This document shows positions 33,697 to 34,556 of a DNA stretch of 34,556 nucleotides, one piece after another. Origin of the DNA: a virus. A program made the translations under genes and the position numbers. Numbering within the stretch: the stretch's first letter is position 1; each line of letters starts with the position of its first letter. The stretch covers positions 1 to 34,556 of IMG/VR virus record IMGVR_UViG_3300045790_002272; one strand, given 5' to 3'. The notes below the pieces were generated by a model. It saw only the letters and a program-made list of their open reading frames with translations. It did no database searches and had not been told where the DNA came from.

Positions 33697-33698
33697 GT
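33635..33698 (+). repeat. attC-like site f2 (64 nt)
   Basis: Same as 145-208 but ends GTTATGT. Confidence 0.6.
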
Positions 33699-33836
33699 TG
33701 CCTTTCGCAATTTTCTTACTAATTCATCAACTTTTACTTTCTCAGCATTGGTTAAGAAAAACTCCCGTCTTTTTTGGCCTAAAGCAGCTCTACGTTCTCG
33801 CAGAGCTGCTTGGCGTTCTTTATTTGATTTAGGCAT
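33693..33836 (-). CDS. Small basic protein (47 aa), ERQAxLxERRAAxG family; not in the ORF track
   Basis: Hand translation gives MPKSNKERQAALRERRAALGQKRREFFLTNAEKVKVDELVRKLRKAT. ATG lies 2 nt after the stop of 33839-34144. Stop lies in GTTATGT. Confidence 0.5.
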   Translation of the reverse strand: MPKSNKERQAALRERRAALGQKRREFFLTNAEKVKVDELVRKLRKAT

Positions 33837-33838
33837 TG

Positions 33839-34144
33839 TTATCCGCCAAAAGGCTCTGATCCGTTATTGCTACCAAAATCTTGTCCCCAAATTTCAATAT
33901 TCCAATCCTGTATCGCTTTTTGACAGATGGGTTCGTAGTAGCTTTTTTCTCCTGATTTAACAATAATATCAAGAGCTTTTATAGTCGCTTCCATTTCACT
34001 ATCAGATGTTTCTCCGTTAAATCCTTCCCCCATTATATCTATAGCATCTATACCAGAATCTATCCCATCACATAATGTTTCTATGTCATTCATATTGAAG
34101 TTTTCTTCTAATCCATCTACTACATGTTTAAATAAAGTTGTCAT
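33839..34144 (-). CDS. Strongly acidic hypothetical protein (101 aa)
   Basis: About 21 D/E versus 5 K and 0 R by my count. RBS GGAG. Preceded by its own promoter. Confidence 0.55.
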   Translation of the reverse strand: MTTLFKHVVDGLEENFNMNDIETLCDGIDSGIDAIDIMGEGFNGETSDSEMEATIKALDIIVKSGEKSYYEPICQKAIQDWNIEIWGQDFGSNNGSEPFGG

Positions 34145-34173
34145 TTCCTACTCCTTTTCGTTAATGTAGGTAT

Positions 34174-34202
34174 ATTATTGCATTGTTACCGGTAACAGTC
34201 AA
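34174..34202 (-). promoter_or_regulatory. Cassette-internal sigma70-like promoter with a palindromic operator
   Basis: Minus strand: TTGACT, 17-nt spacer, AATAAT. The perfect palindrome GTTACCGGTAAC (34185-34196) fills the spacer. Confidence 0.6.
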
Positions 34203-34236
34203 GCGATTAATGCAAATAAAATAATTTAGGACGGCA

Positions 34237-34298
34237 ACATAACAAGTCATTCAATCAGAGCCGGTAAAGCACCGGCCTGTTTAACTAAAGCGTTAGGC
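34237..34298 (+). repeat. attC-like site (62 nt, type 1)
   Basis: ACATAAC-AAGTC-ATT[C]AATCAG[A]GCCGG-taaagca-CCGGCCTGTTTAAC-TAAAGC-GTTAGGC. Confidence 0.7.
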
Positions 34299-34556
34299 CG
34301 CTATGTAAACGCGGTGTTGTCCGGCAACTTTCATATCTTTTGTAAGCTCCTTTATTTCACCAAGCTCAACCAGCCTGTCTACGCAAGCCAGCATTGCCCA
34401 CGAATCACCAGTGCAGCCAGCAATAATCTCTTGGCACCTCGCAGCCCCCGAGGTTTCTAAAAGCCGCTTTGCTTGGTCGCGTATTTTTAAAAATTGCTTT
34501 TGGCCTTCTTCTGTAAAAATGGCTGCCTTTTCATCTTCATAGTTGTACATAAATCA
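34290..34556. repeat. 346-bp direct repeat, copy B (continues at 128-206 across the circular junction)
   Basis: Exact match to 33351-33617. The remainder matches 33618-33696 with one mismatch. Confidence 0.9.
34293..34550 (-). CDS. Hypothetical protein (85 aa), copy B
   Basis: Identical to 33354-33611. Confidence 0.6.
   Translation of the reverse strand: MYNYEDEKAAIFTEEGQKQFLKIRDQAKRLLETSGAARCQEIIAGCTGDSWAMLACVDRLVELGEIKELTKDMKVAGQHRVYIAA

Noticed and set aside
33838-33844. GTTATCC as another attC-like R' box
   Set aside because: It is just the TAA-CA-ATG junction between the 101-aa and 47-aa ORFs. No TAAC arm or palindrome is associated with it. The nearby 10-bp palindrome AAGCAGCTCT/AGAGCTGCTT lies inside the 47-aa coding sequence (RQAALRERRAAL).
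33604-33960. The 118-aa + strand ORF, and other + strand ORFs in the minus-strand block (65-361, 841-1032, 999-1193, 3152-3677, 29476-29958, 30857-31145)
   Set aside because: They are antisense to better-supported genes, lack RBSs, have odd composition (Cys/Leu/Phe-rich), and cross the structured repeats.
31372-34298. CRISPR array, or MITE/IS copies, as the explanation for the repeated intergenic elements
   Set aside because: The elements are 300-900 bp apart and separated by full ORFs with RBSs. They fall into four or five sequence types rather than one repeat. There is no transposase, no terminal inverted repeats with target duplications, and no cas genes.

Overview
The first 127 nt are identical to the last 127 nt, so the window looks like one circularly closed contig with a unique length of about 34,429 bp. 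It is the complete genome of a temperate HK97-like siphovirus in attP (excised or vegetative) configuration, not an integrated prophage. Reading the + strand, the layout is: a cI-like repressor with near-duplicate PR-like and PL-like promoter/operator blocks, a Cro-like gene, a LuxR-type regulator, and an O-like initiator with internal iterons. Then come a P-like loader, small early genes, a muramidase-like endolysin, a Q-like antiterminator, and a late promoter followed by three tandem terminators. The late region holds an alpha/beta hydrolase, a LydA-like holin, HNH, TerS, TerL, portal, ClpP-like protease and HK97 capsid. After that there is an unusual insert (a secreted beta-helix protein and a LamG plus 20-aa-repeat protein), then connector and tail genes with a G/G-T -1 frameshift, and attP carrying a tRNA 3' fragment. 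A lambda-type tyrosine integrase lies on the minus strand next to attP. The main unusual signal is about 4.4 kb of small minus-strand genes between int and a lambda-Xis-like gene, crossing the circular junction. These genes are separated by at least 10 structured repeats that have the layout of integron attC sites: TAAC...GTTA ends, unpaired spacers, and imperfect palindromes with two extrahelical bases 6 nt apart. Each ORF stops exactly in the complement of the conserved G|TTA crossover. One 346-bp ORF-plus-site unit is present twice, with its ends at these boxes. Two units carry their own promoter, a GTTA-N4-TAAC operator-like motif and a paralogous small basic protein. No IntI-type integrase is present. 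Everything is read by eye and from memory of protein families; no searches were run.
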